Shown piece by piece: positions 1-12,295 of a DNA stretch of 64,000 nucleotides; the stretch's first letter is position 1; each line of letters starts with the position of its first letter. Where the stretch lies: the NCBI GenBank assembly GCA_036172245.1, contig JAYWIR010000032.1:992001-1056000 (forward strand). Reading direction: 5' to 3'. The notes beneath the pieces were generated by a model. That model was not told the origin of the DNA, ran no database searches, and saw only the letters and a list, made by a program, of their open reading frames with translations. The stretch is from Raillietiella orientalis (Eukaryota). The position numbers and the translations under genes were made by a program.

Positions 1-1032
1 AACAGCAATAAAGCTGCAGCCCAATAAAAGTGGGAGTCGACTAAGCACGAGAACATTTTGTCCCTCCACTTTGCTCGCAAAAGCCATGAGGATGCTTGCG
101 TCCAGGAGCCACGGATCTCCTGTTTATGGATCGCCTATTCTCTGCCACGGAGCCTGCTTCCCTTCATCTCTCCGTGGGCAGGCACCTGCATGCGTTCTGC
201 TCTTTGAATTTAAAAAGACCTGCTAATTTCCTGCTTCAGGTTGGAATCACTGAAGGGAAGGGTGGGGGGGGAGGGTTCCAGAGATGGAGGCGGACCAAGA
301 GAAGGGAAGCGGCGGTGTTTCCTAGATACATTGCCTCTTCGACGGAAACTCGGACGAAGGGGCACGTGCCCTAAAACCGACCTGGTGACACGCACGACTG
401 CACGCTTTGATGCGACCGTAGACGTCGCTGCGATGCGGAAAGAGCGCTTGGGCATGGAAGGAATGTACAATCGGCTGGTTTTGCATTTCCGCGAGACAAT
501 GGCAGCAGAGGTCACTCCGACAGGAATGCCCATCAGCATTCTGCAATTACGAAAAGTGAAAGTGCTTGCTTGTTCCCATAGGGAATGAGTGTGCTCTTTC
601 TGATGCAGACGCATCTCCACGGATTTCGAAGACCGAGGTGGAGCATTGGGGCGTGGAGGTCAAAGTGTGCGTATCAAACACGCTCAGGCATAAAACTCTG
701 GATCGCCGGGTGGGAATCTGGAACCAACAGAAAGCTACGACGAGTCCGGGTCATTGAACATTACTACGTGGAGGAACATAATTCATCCTCCAGTGACAAC
801 TATGTAGCGGAGAACGACCTCTTCTTAAGGCAGCCTGAATCATTAGTTAAAGCTGATGATCACTATTTCGCAAGATGGCAGATTAGAAGAATCCTCCGAG
901 ATGAAGCGGCCAACAGATTTCGTGACGTAACGCCTCAAGGTGAACTCATTGGTCGTGTGTCATCTCCCTTTCAAGAAAAAGCATTGCAAGAGGAACAGCA
1001 TGCTAAAGGTATATGCTACCACGGTACTTTTA

Positions 1033-1356
1033 TTTTCACCCGGTCACGACGGGACGTTTATTGTTAAAGGAAAAAATAATGAAAAAATCAGATACAAGAT
1101 AAAAAATGTTTTTCTTCCTAGTGGCTGCACATCACCACTACCAAGAGAAATGCCTCGGAGACGCTGCTTCTCCGGTGAGCAGCTCCCCCGATGAGGTCAG
1201 CACAGGAGTGGTGAGAGAAGGGGTAAACAAAAACAAAAGAGAGCACAAAAGTTCAGTTTAAAAGTATGTTGGGGATAGGAGGGGGGCAAGGGAAGGGATC
1301 ACAGATTTCTTCCTGGGGCCTTCAGCGTCCTCTGGAGGTTGTTGGTAACTTCCTCC
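1033..1356 (-). mobile_element. L1/Tx1-like LINE, 3' end (copy A): ORF2 C-terminus and 3' UTR, interrupted by SINE copy 1
   Basis: Minus strand reads EEVTNNLQRTLKAPGRNL* then GTGATCCCTTCCCT, a T-rich tract, a hairpin and the terminal AATAAACGTCCCGTCGTGACCGGGTGAAAA. This layout matches LINE ends at 16.0-17.0 kb, 23.2 kb, 31.2 kb and 44.2-44.5 kb. Degenerate upstream ORF2 sequence probably continues at about 2303-2800. Confidence 0.6.
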
Positions 1357-2292
1357 AAGGCCCGCGTCGGAGGCCTTGTGGTTAAGGCTTCCGCATGTGG
1401 TACCATGGGTCGCGGGTTCGAATACTTTGGCAGAAACGGACGCCACTGCGTCGTCGGGTTCCGAGTTTCTCCTGCAAGATGGCGCTGGTTGGCCGAGACA
1501 TTCGGGCGTGGCACCGGCGGTGGATTAAGCCGGAGGCCTCCCATGAAGGCCGGAACAACGGGAGTCGACCTTCGGGTCCTCCCAGGAATCAAGGAGTGGG
1601 GAGTTCCTCCTCCTGTCGTGCAACGGAGAGCGGACCACCCACACCGGGGGGATCCCTCCGGTTTCAAGATGGAGCAGGAGCCTTCACAGGCACCTCTCCA
1701 GTTGTTCAAAGGAGCGGACCCTCCCCGTTGCGGGAGGACCCTCCGAATCGTCGCCTCTTCACAGAGTGCACAAGGAAGCAAGCGAGAGCGATTCCCTGCA
1801 GGAAGCTGCAGCGCCCCTTCTGAGTTTCGGAAGCGTCCCTTCGGGGTTCTCTTCAGAGGAGTGAACAGGAGCGGTTCCCTTGCGGGTTCCCTCCGGAGAA
1901 ATTCCTACAAGCGGATCCTTTCCAAGTTCCCTTCGGAGAAGAAAAAATGGAGAGGACCACCCCCTATTAAGGGGGGTGAGGAAGGAGATTCCCTTCGGGG
2001 TTACCCTTCAAAGACAACCAAGCTTGGGGAGGGGTCCCCCCCGTTTGGGGGGATCCCTCCCCAAGCGTGAGAGGAACGGACTCCGAGCCCTTCCTGGATT
2101 CATAGGGCGGACCCCATCCCGGGGTGCCCCCTATCCTGAAGAATTACACTGAAGAATTACACGCCCCCCTGGGGGTTGCCTCAGGCGGAAAGACGTGTAA
2201 ACAAAACAGTGTGTGTTAATGTTTAAAAAGAGCCGAGTGCGCCGCGAGGCACGCGACTGGCTCTGAGGTACTTAGCGAACCAAAAAAAAAAG
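1357..2292 (+). mobile_element. Long tRNA-derived SINE-like element, full-length copy 1 (about 0.93 kb)
   Basis: tRNA-like head with an A-box-like GGCCTTGTGGTTAAGG and B-box GGTTCGAATAC (about 1372-1425). A10 tail at 2282-2291. Flanking 10-bp direct repeat AACTTCCTCC at 1347-1356 and 2293-2302. Near-identical to 16088-16560 over the first ~450 bp. Confidence 0.8.
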
Positions 2293-2945
2293 AACTTCCT
2301 CCTCATGCTGGCAGAGATATGGTCATGTTGTTGCCTTCCTCGTGAAGGAGCAGGAGATTGCGATGACCTCACCGTTCGACTGGTCTCTTTCTCGCCGCCA
2401 TGATCCCTCGAAAGCACAAAACACATGGCTGCAAGGGAAGTTGCAAGCTACATCGAGTCGCGCGCTAAACCTCTCTGCCGCGAACCACGGTACTTTTAGA
2501 GATCTCTGGGTCGAACACCGGGATCTTGTGATGCATCATCACTTTCAAAATAAGTGTGCGATGATATGCAAGCTGCTCATCAGCCCTAAGATGGTGCTCT
2601 TTGTCGAACCCCAACAAGGATGGGCACTTCAATCAGTAATGCATGAACGCGGCGTAGGGCTACAGGATTGCGGACAGCAGCGGCAAACCGGTGTGGGGTC
2701 TGCCCTTGTTAGCCCCTCAACAAGGAGTACCGTACTTGGCCGCACTGCTAAGTGTGCTGCACACCTCGATGATGGTTTCAGTGAGTGGCTCACTGGTGAA
2801 CTGATAATATTCTTTCAGTAATCGCGACTCTGCACGTGGATTAAGTGTGTAAGGGTGCGCTCTTGAGTTTCATCCACCACGGGTCTAAGTTTCCCTTTTG
2901 AGTCAGTCACAAAGTTCCTGAACACCGGCAAGAAATTTCTTGCTG

Positions 2946-3249
2946 CCTCTTACAAAGTTAAAAAAAAAAGAAAATTGCTTTCATAGGTGATGATGTGGTT
3001 TTCTAGATGCTTCAAAACCGCTGTCGCAGATGTGTGAACTTTACTGCCCCTTTGTGCTTTTCCCAGTGTTCCTGTCAGAGAACAGCATCACATACATACA
3101 GCATATTCATTATCAGCTATTCGGCAGGTACGTCGCCTCCTTTGCCACACACAACCTGAATTTTCTTTACAATAATTTCAGAGCGCAAAGATCCCTTCCT
3201 TCATTTAGATGCCTTCAACCGGAGATGATTCTCCCTTGAAAACATTGCC
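2946..3249. repeat. Dispersed repeat; an internally deleted second copy lies at 5302-5430
   Basis: CCTCTT..A-run..GAAAATTGCTT..GATGCTTC(A/G)AAACCGCTGTCGCAGATGTGTG occurs at both sites. The second copy joins directly to ACCGGAGATGAT..CCCTTGA(A/G)AACA, which lies ~180 bp further on in the first copy. Confidence 0.7.
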
Positions 3250-6200
3250 AAGTTCAGTATTCTTCTCCCATGTTCTTTTCCGGTGTTAAGTTGGAGGAAA
3301 AGCTGATACCTTCGGGTTTTTCATCTTCCAAAGTCCTTCGCCACGATCTTTCGATGGGAGCTGGCAAAATGAAGCCTTGAGAGGCCCTTTAAGGCAGTCA
3401 CTCAGATGCTCCAATCCGGAGGACTCGTTACGTGCGTTTCACAGGTACACGCGATGCATCGCTCAGATAGTGCAGGGGGAACGATTCGAAGTATTGGTCA
3501 TAGAGATCAAAAGGTTTCCAGACTAGCGGGAACCGGAAAAGGCTTGAGCTTACGATGCACTCTCGAATCCAACTACAAAAAATTTCTCGCTGAAGCCTTT
3601 CTTTCTTTTCTCGCTACTTTTTTTTTTTTTGCACTCGCCGTAGTCACTGGCAAGCCTGGATTCCACTGTATCCCAGGGCACTAAAGAATATACCCCTCCA
3701 GCTCGAAAGAAATACTGAGCAGCTTCGATTTTAGCCGTCAATGTAGTACTTACCAAAATCTTACAAAGGGATCGGAAGACGAGCAGCTGAATGACGAGAT
3801 GAATCAGATGCGCAAACGGAAGCCACCGCTGGATCTGCTCGCTTCTCTTCCTGATAGCATCTGTCTAAGTCCGACTACGCGACTGCGGTTTAAAGGTTTG
3901 CTCGAAGACGAGCGTTCCATGGACACATAAATTCATACGGTCCATTCTCTTCCCATTCATGAGTCAACGCATAGTGCTCGCAGAAGGATTCAAAACCTAC
4001 TTTGGATTTGAAATTCCTGGATTTGAATCCAGAAAAACGCTGGAAGCAGAACGTCTTTGGTCGTCAGAAAGAATTTTGTCGCGCTTATTGGAAATTCGCA
4101 TGCCTCGCCAAGACATGGCGGCGGCCGTGGCCAGCAGTGGTGGTGAATTACCTCTATGAAAGATATGAATGAATTACGGGCGGATCGATACTTTTTTTTT
4201 CCCGCTATTCGCCTTCAAAGTAATGTTTTTCGTGGTCAGTTGCAACGAGCGAATACCCACATGAAATCCTTGGGAGTACCCGATGGCTAGCAACGTTGAC
4301 TGAAGCACATCGAATTAACGACATGACTGTGGGAAACAGTCTCCATGTGAATTATTTGCATAACCACATCTCTGGCCGGTTAACGATTCCACGAGAGCTC
4401 CAGAAGTAGAGACGAGACGACCAAGACGATGCTGGGAAATGTTTCAAGATATTCCTCCGGAACCTTAACTGAAATGAGAAGCCGTTGCACGAGGAAAAAA
4501 GGTCATAAAGAAATGGCGGAAAGCAAAAGCTCAGCTGATCCGCTATAACATTCCAATCAAAAATTCTAAATTGAGAAATGGATAAGGAATCTAAGGGATG
4601 GAACATTCCTTTCGATAAAATGGAACGAAGCAGTCGACTTAGCATGGTAACGTAGGTACACGTTAGTGTTTGCTTAGCTGTTGTTACACACTAATGCACG
4701 GCCTCCAGGAAACTTATTGGATTCATCAGCCATGAAACTGCTCGGAACGTACTTACATTACCAGGAGCATTAGGCGGATCAATCGCAATGGAGACCTCCT
4801 TCTCGCGGAATCTCTTCATTACTCAGGAGTTTCTACGGAAAAAGATGGAAAAAGAAAAAAAAAGACTGTAATTTATGAGGCTGCTGAAGTTTAGGCTCTC
4901 CTCAATTTCACCTAGTGGTTTCTAAATGAAACGAGTGTAACTCCGTCTTTACTGATCGTCAAGGAAGACTTCATAGACAGAAGGTGTTGCAATTAACTTC
5001 CAGTTTCCTATTAATGCTCTCAAAGTTTCATATAGTTTATTTTAGAATGTCGGTCTTTTATCTGATATCTTGTCTCCTGAAACTCGTGCTTCTCCCTATT
5101 TGGCCTTATTGATTTCGATATACTTTAGTATTCCCAAGAATTATTCCAAAGCGTCATTAATTGCTACAAAAAAAAAGAAAAGAATAAAAAGAAAGGATGA
5201 AATCCTTTTAAAAGGTGCTATGAAATATCCTCATATGTACAAAACATCTTCGCTTCAAGGTATTCACTTCACACGGTGTCCAAAATCAATCAGCAGATCT
5301 TCCTCTTAGAAAGCAAAAAAAAAAAAAGAAAAATTGCTTCCGTAGCTGATGATATGGTTTTCTGGATGCTTCGAAACCGCTGTCGCAGATGTGTGGACCG
5401 GAGATGATCCTTCCTCCCTTGAGAACACTGTAACGCCAGACAGAGGCATCAACATCCTTCGGTAGTGATGGCTTCGAAATAAACCATATCGAAATGTATC
5501 ATTCGAACAGGTCGAAATGGAGACTTCCAGAATTAAATTTTATATTTATCCATAATTTTTAAACATGTTTTTTTTCTTCTTTTTTTCCTTAAATCAAAAA
5601 ATTTTCATCGCAAAACCAAATCCACTTTTATGATTGGCAACTGTGCTTTTCATCCCCGCACGACTCGGCCGTGTCGTTGCATTTCAGAGACCGGAAACAA
5701 AAGATCCAGTCTTTCCTCCACATCCCAAGTTCAACAACCCAAACACATTCAGATCGGTTTCAATTCATCCTTCAATAAACAAGCGAACTCCAATGAACAA
5801 CCCACTGTTTCTATTTAAAAAGCGCTCGGATCGCATTTTTTGTTTTTTAATGCGTTGCATAAATCAAAGCTGGACTTTCCACTGCCTACAGAGGCATCAG
5901 TGACCGCCACAACCTACTGATGACTTTGCTGTCTGCGCAGTGTGCTTCTTGGAAATGAGTAGGCGAAAGAAAATCGGCACATCTGGGTTTGGATTTTCTA
6001 ATAACGCGCCAAGGGTTAGGTTCTTGGCACGAGGCTCGTGGGCGCGCCGTAAACGCCATCGTTTAATGTACGCCGTATACAAAACAAGTACCTGTTCGGT
6101 GAAGGCACTGCCAATACCGGAAATTCCAATCAAAGGATCAGCAAAAGGTGGTGGACTTAACGCTCATGTTTACATTAACAGATGGATTCCGCACATTTAC

Positions 6201-6665
6201 GAATGCCTAGCTTAAGGTGTTCCTGGGTAGGTATGTGAACCTTCCCTTAATAACATACCACATTTGGGATTTCGCTATCCAACAGTCACTAAAAACCTTA
6301 CTTGGAAATTTCTTGCCATGCTGAACCGTTATGGTGATATTCGTGCATTTCAGCTAATATTTGCTGATCAGCAAATACACTGAAGTCAATGTCATTACTG
6401 ATACTCAAATGATAACACGTATGAAGACAAAAACTTGCCTAATTCTAAGAAACCTTAGTGCAGTAATGCTGGAAGGAAGATGAAATATTCGCTCAGCTGA
6501 TTACAATTTCCTTATTTACTCATATTAGATTATCAAATACAAGATGGTAACCAGCTAATGATATGTGACATATCTAAAATTCACAAATTTACACCAATGT
6601 AGGCAACTCAGTGCAAAAACAATTAAATGAAAAGTTTTTATTTTGGCATCATAGCAAAACATGTA

Positions 6666-8015
<1,350 letters not shown>

Positions 8016-8435
8016 TTTTGAAATATCACAAATGCAGGATTTAACTAATTAATAATCATGTGCATCACGTGGGCATTATAAAGCTGCACTTGAATCAAAC
8101 TGCAATTTCGTTCTACTGACCTTATTAACTATTGTTTCTTATACAAATAAACCAAATATTCAATTTCATAACCAGAAAAATATGCTTATAACTGAGGATA
8201 TCTTAAGCTTCACGGCTAAATACAAAACAAATTGCCACTCTCCATTTGCTTAAAATTATGCATGGAAACATGCTTGCACTGCAAAAATTATTAGTGCATT
8301 TGCGTAAATTAACGCTATTATCTAAGAAGCTACATTATCGCTACTAACTAGGACCAGTAACACACTCCTGTTCACCAAAATGGTTCCATGAGAAATACTT
8401 TACTTATCATTAGCATACTTTTAAACATTACAGAT

Positions 8436-8613
8436 CTTACGCAAACACCGAAATACTCTAAAAAACCTGAAAGTTTGGGTGAAAAAAAAACCAGGATCCT
8501 CTAACACAACCCCATCACCTTCACTGTGGCATCTCCACACTGCAACTTTCAGAATGTTAGTGTCGTTGTCAGTGTTCATATTCTGTATTCGAGTGTTTTT
8601 ATCCATCGTACGT
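8436..8613. promoter_or_regulatory. Possible bidirectional promoter and non-coding first exons for ELOC (-) and EARS2 (+)
   Basis: The two genes are divergent. There is a minus-strand donor-like GTAAGA at about 8440, a plus-strand Inr-like TCAGT at 8569-8573, a donor-like GTACGT at 8608, and an acceptor-like CTGTTTCAG at about 12199 upstream of the EARS2 ATG. Inference only. Confidence 0.25.
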
Positions 8614-11600
8614 ACATTACATTTAATCATTCATTGTTTCTGGAAAAAACAATGCAACTTTTTAATACTTTGAAAAAATTAGGTAAATGTAAATGTAATT
8701 TAAAAAAAAAAAAGAAAGAGAGGAAAAGAAGTATATCTTTTGACTATTTACAGCAAATCTACACGGTGGCACCAATCAACCTCCGATTATTGCTGTTTCG
8801 TGCAAGAACATATGTAAGCAAAGTGTTTTTACCCACTCCTGCATTCAGTATTTATTATCTGACAAGGAAAAAACAACAGGTGGAAAACAAGAGTTGGTGT
8901 CCGTTGTTTTTATTGGAAACCAGCAGCTAGAATACATGAACAGCATCAAAAGGAGTATTCCACGTATTGGCGATGGGAGGGAGGGGATGTGAACATGCTA
9001 ATTTATTTGCTACCATTCCGGTGTTTTTAATCTGAATTTTCCGTCCTGAAAGAATTAACCTGTAATTATACGTTTTTATTGTAATATGTAAAGATACATA
9101 AGTGAGTCTGACGATCGTTCCTCCATTGACCATATCATTTCAGATTATTCCATCCAAGCAGAATTTCCTTATTTGTGATTGTGCGATACTTTCGCTAATG
9201 CCGGCATTAAATTCTGCATTACTTACTATAACTGCAGCTTGAACCGACCGACTTCTTTCATTCTCTATTTATATTCTGTATTTCAGAAAACTGATGCAAA
9301 TTACAGCTACTGATAATCTGTTCGAACTTATATGGCTCGCGATCATTAATTATCATTTGTTTCCTCTCACTTATCTTTTATAAGTGTTCAAAAGCTTATA
9401 ATTGCCTTCCCACAAAGTCGCTTCATATTACCGAATCTTGCAAATTGTGCACAGTTCTTTAACGAGTATTTATATGGAAGCAAATTCATACCTTCTCCAT
9501 TTATTTTTGTAGCACTAATGTCGGCTTTGCAATCATTTCTTGCTTACTCGTATTCAAGTATGCCATATTTTATATACAAGCTAGTTTATATTTTGAAAAG
9601 GTAATTATTCAATGAAGTAAGGAATTTTTTCCAATCCCGATTGTCCAGCCATTTATAACATTTATCAAAATCTAAAATCTACGATTAAAGCAAAAAGCTT
9701 TGAGTATTTGATTCCTTTTTGACAGCTTTGCTTCAGTTTTGTTTTATTGGTCATGATAGTCAGCTTTCTGAATCTAAAAGCAGCAAATTGCTAGGATTAT
9801 TTTTTCATTTTTATTTTTTGTTGAACTTTTAGTCATTTGGAAGTTGTTCAAGCTTCCGTATTTTTTTCTTGATCTTAACAAATTTTCAACAACACGTTTT
9901 CGTTTTTCATTTCATCTCATTCCTGAAATGGCGGTATTTTTTTTACATTCTTATACTTATCTGGAAATTTTCGAGTCGTTTTGTGAACAGAACGTGAAAA
10001 CAAATTTTCACGCTTTTGTGACTGCAATGCAATTATCTGCAAAATCATTATCGTATATGTTTTATGTTTGATACAGAGACGCTACTTCAAAGGGTTGCAC
10101 CCAATGTTTTAAGCAACATTTTACAGTATAAGCATCTGGAGGTAATTATAGAAATAAAACTCCACCATTGTAGTTTCCTTGAATGCCTCTTTAAACTGTT
10201 GTTTGCTTCTGAAACTCTCAGTCCGCTCGATTCTATTCTATTTATTCTCAATGCTCTATCATATATTTAATCGTATGTACCAATGTTTAAAATACAACTG
10301 CGGCTGCTTCAATTTCTTTAAAAGTAGTGTTAACTCGCTTATATAATCATGCATACTATAGATACTCATATTTGAAATAAATTTGCTATAATCATGTGTG
10401 ATTTCTAATTCACTCTTTTAAAATTCATCACTTCCCATATTCATGGAGACAAGAAGCTTCAGGTATCCTGAAGTTATCCTTACATTCAAATTCCTATCTT
10501 GGACTTTTTAAGCTGGTATCTTCATAGCATTTTACGCCATTTACGTGTTTTCCATTATTTTCAACTCATCTTTCAATAGTTATTCCCTTAAAATTAATAA
10601 GAGATTTGTTTCTCTTCCTATTTTAGTATCTGCAAAACAATCGTAAGAACTTCTGGATGTTTTGAAGCTTGTGGGCACTTGAAATATTTAGCAGTATTTT
10701 TTCCACCTGTGCTTGCTTAGCTTTCCGCAAAAATTTCAAATTGGTAGCAAACCCATATTTACTTCTTTCTTTGAGGGAAATCAAAGCTGGCAGTTTTTCA
10801 TAGGTTGCTCTTCAGTCACCTCGAACTTCCGAAGAATGACCTTATGCTTCCGCCGTGGCATTCAAAGGATTTTTTGAGAATAATGTAATATGCGGGTGTG
10901 AGAATAGCGAGAAGTCCTTAAACTCTAATTCTTGTTGACTGGAACAATAAACTTTGACAGATGATTCCAATTTGAGGAAGCGAGGTATCCTCGGTTCTTT
11001 TAAAGACCTTCAAAGAATTCGGATCTGCCTTCATCCAGGCGTTTAATTTAACTGGAATTTCTCTTACGCCAAAAAATTATGAACACTGCACATATCAAAA
11101 AATCATTTAGGAAAATTAATGGAAAAATTGGAGTTTATCCTCTACGAGTTATAAAACTAAAATTCATTCAGATTCAGTTTTCATTCATTCAGAAGCTAAA
11201 GACAACAAGTTCCCCTAAAGATTAACACGGGGGCCAAATAAGCTTTTGTACCTTGTCTGAGATTTTTCTTTCAACAGAAATGTAGATGAAGAACAGTACT
11301 TCAAACCTCTAAAAACACAAAACTCGAAATGTGCTATTAACTTGTCATTTGCAGTGATACGTAAAAGTAGTCTCGCTCGGCTGAGATTCGTCTTGATCAC
11401 CCTGAGTCTGTAATGAGTTTGACCAATTTCATTAAAAAGCTTTACTCAACAAATGTTTTGTAAAGAGCTTCGTGAAAGAGAATTACATGTGGCAAACTTG
11501 AGAACGTTGTCAAGGATGCCAAACATCCCATCGACGCAAATTGTCTATCAGCATATGGAGCGTGCAGTTGACCCGAGTATAGAAGGAACATACCACCTTT

Positions 11601-12295
11601 AAATTAGTTAGACCTTATGTATCATGTCTTTAAATTGATTACCAAAAAATGATGGCGACAGGAGGATACTGATGAAAATTATGCATTGTACTGTCATATC
11701 ATAGTTTTTAATTACAAACAGATGCTTTAATCCAAACAATTTAAGTAAAGCAAAAAGTAGGTCCAAATTATGTTTCATCTCGAAGGAAAACCTTATTCGT
11801 GATTCTTGCTCTGTTTTTACAATTGTCAATTTAACTTTTTTTAAACCGATGTAACGCAAATCAAAAGGTTTAAACTCTTTATTTAACATGCAATTTCTCA
11901 TTTGTGTGTTTTGCCAAATGCTACGTTGTGGCAGGAAGGGACTGCAATTCCACGCGCAACCCGCAAGATTTTGCAAAGCGGTTGGATCTTTTTGAAACGA
12001 AAGATTTTTATGTTATTCAGATTTTTTCCTGAATTGGGAAGCACAAGTTCAAGCGAAAAGAACTCAACCGTTCAGCAGCTTTATGAAGTTAACTCGATAA
12101 ACTGGTGCCAGTTCCTTTTAAAGATATCTTCTTGACTTGTATGAAAATTGCTTAACTTTAATTTGCACGTTGGTTACATATTCGCCTTACTGTTTCAGAA
12201 TTTTGCCACATTGGTGATTTCTTTTGGATTTGAAACTCTGTTGAAGTACGTACTGCATACATGAAAATGACAGTTGCCTATGAGTGGTTCATACC

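Noticed and set aside
1360..1432. tRNA gene (His-like GTG loop)
   Set aside because: A/B boxes are present, but the acceptor and anticodon stems do not pair. It is the SINE head.
1339..2070. 243-aa ORF, and the similar 214/261-aa ORFs at 15848-16633, as a duplicated protein-coding gene
   Set aside because: They lie within the GC-rich SINE copies. The reading frames are not preserved between copies and show no recognisable domain.
5345..5390. Hammerhead ribozyme (CTGATGA...GAAA)
   Set aside because: The intervening sequence cannot form stem II, and the second copy at about 2988 lacks both core motifs.
5940..6215. Small ORF or parvovirus NS1-like Walker A (KYLFGEGTANTGNS in an alternative frame)
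   Set aside because: It lacks the GK(S/T) lysine, the frame is short and closed, and there are no supporting Walker B motifs.
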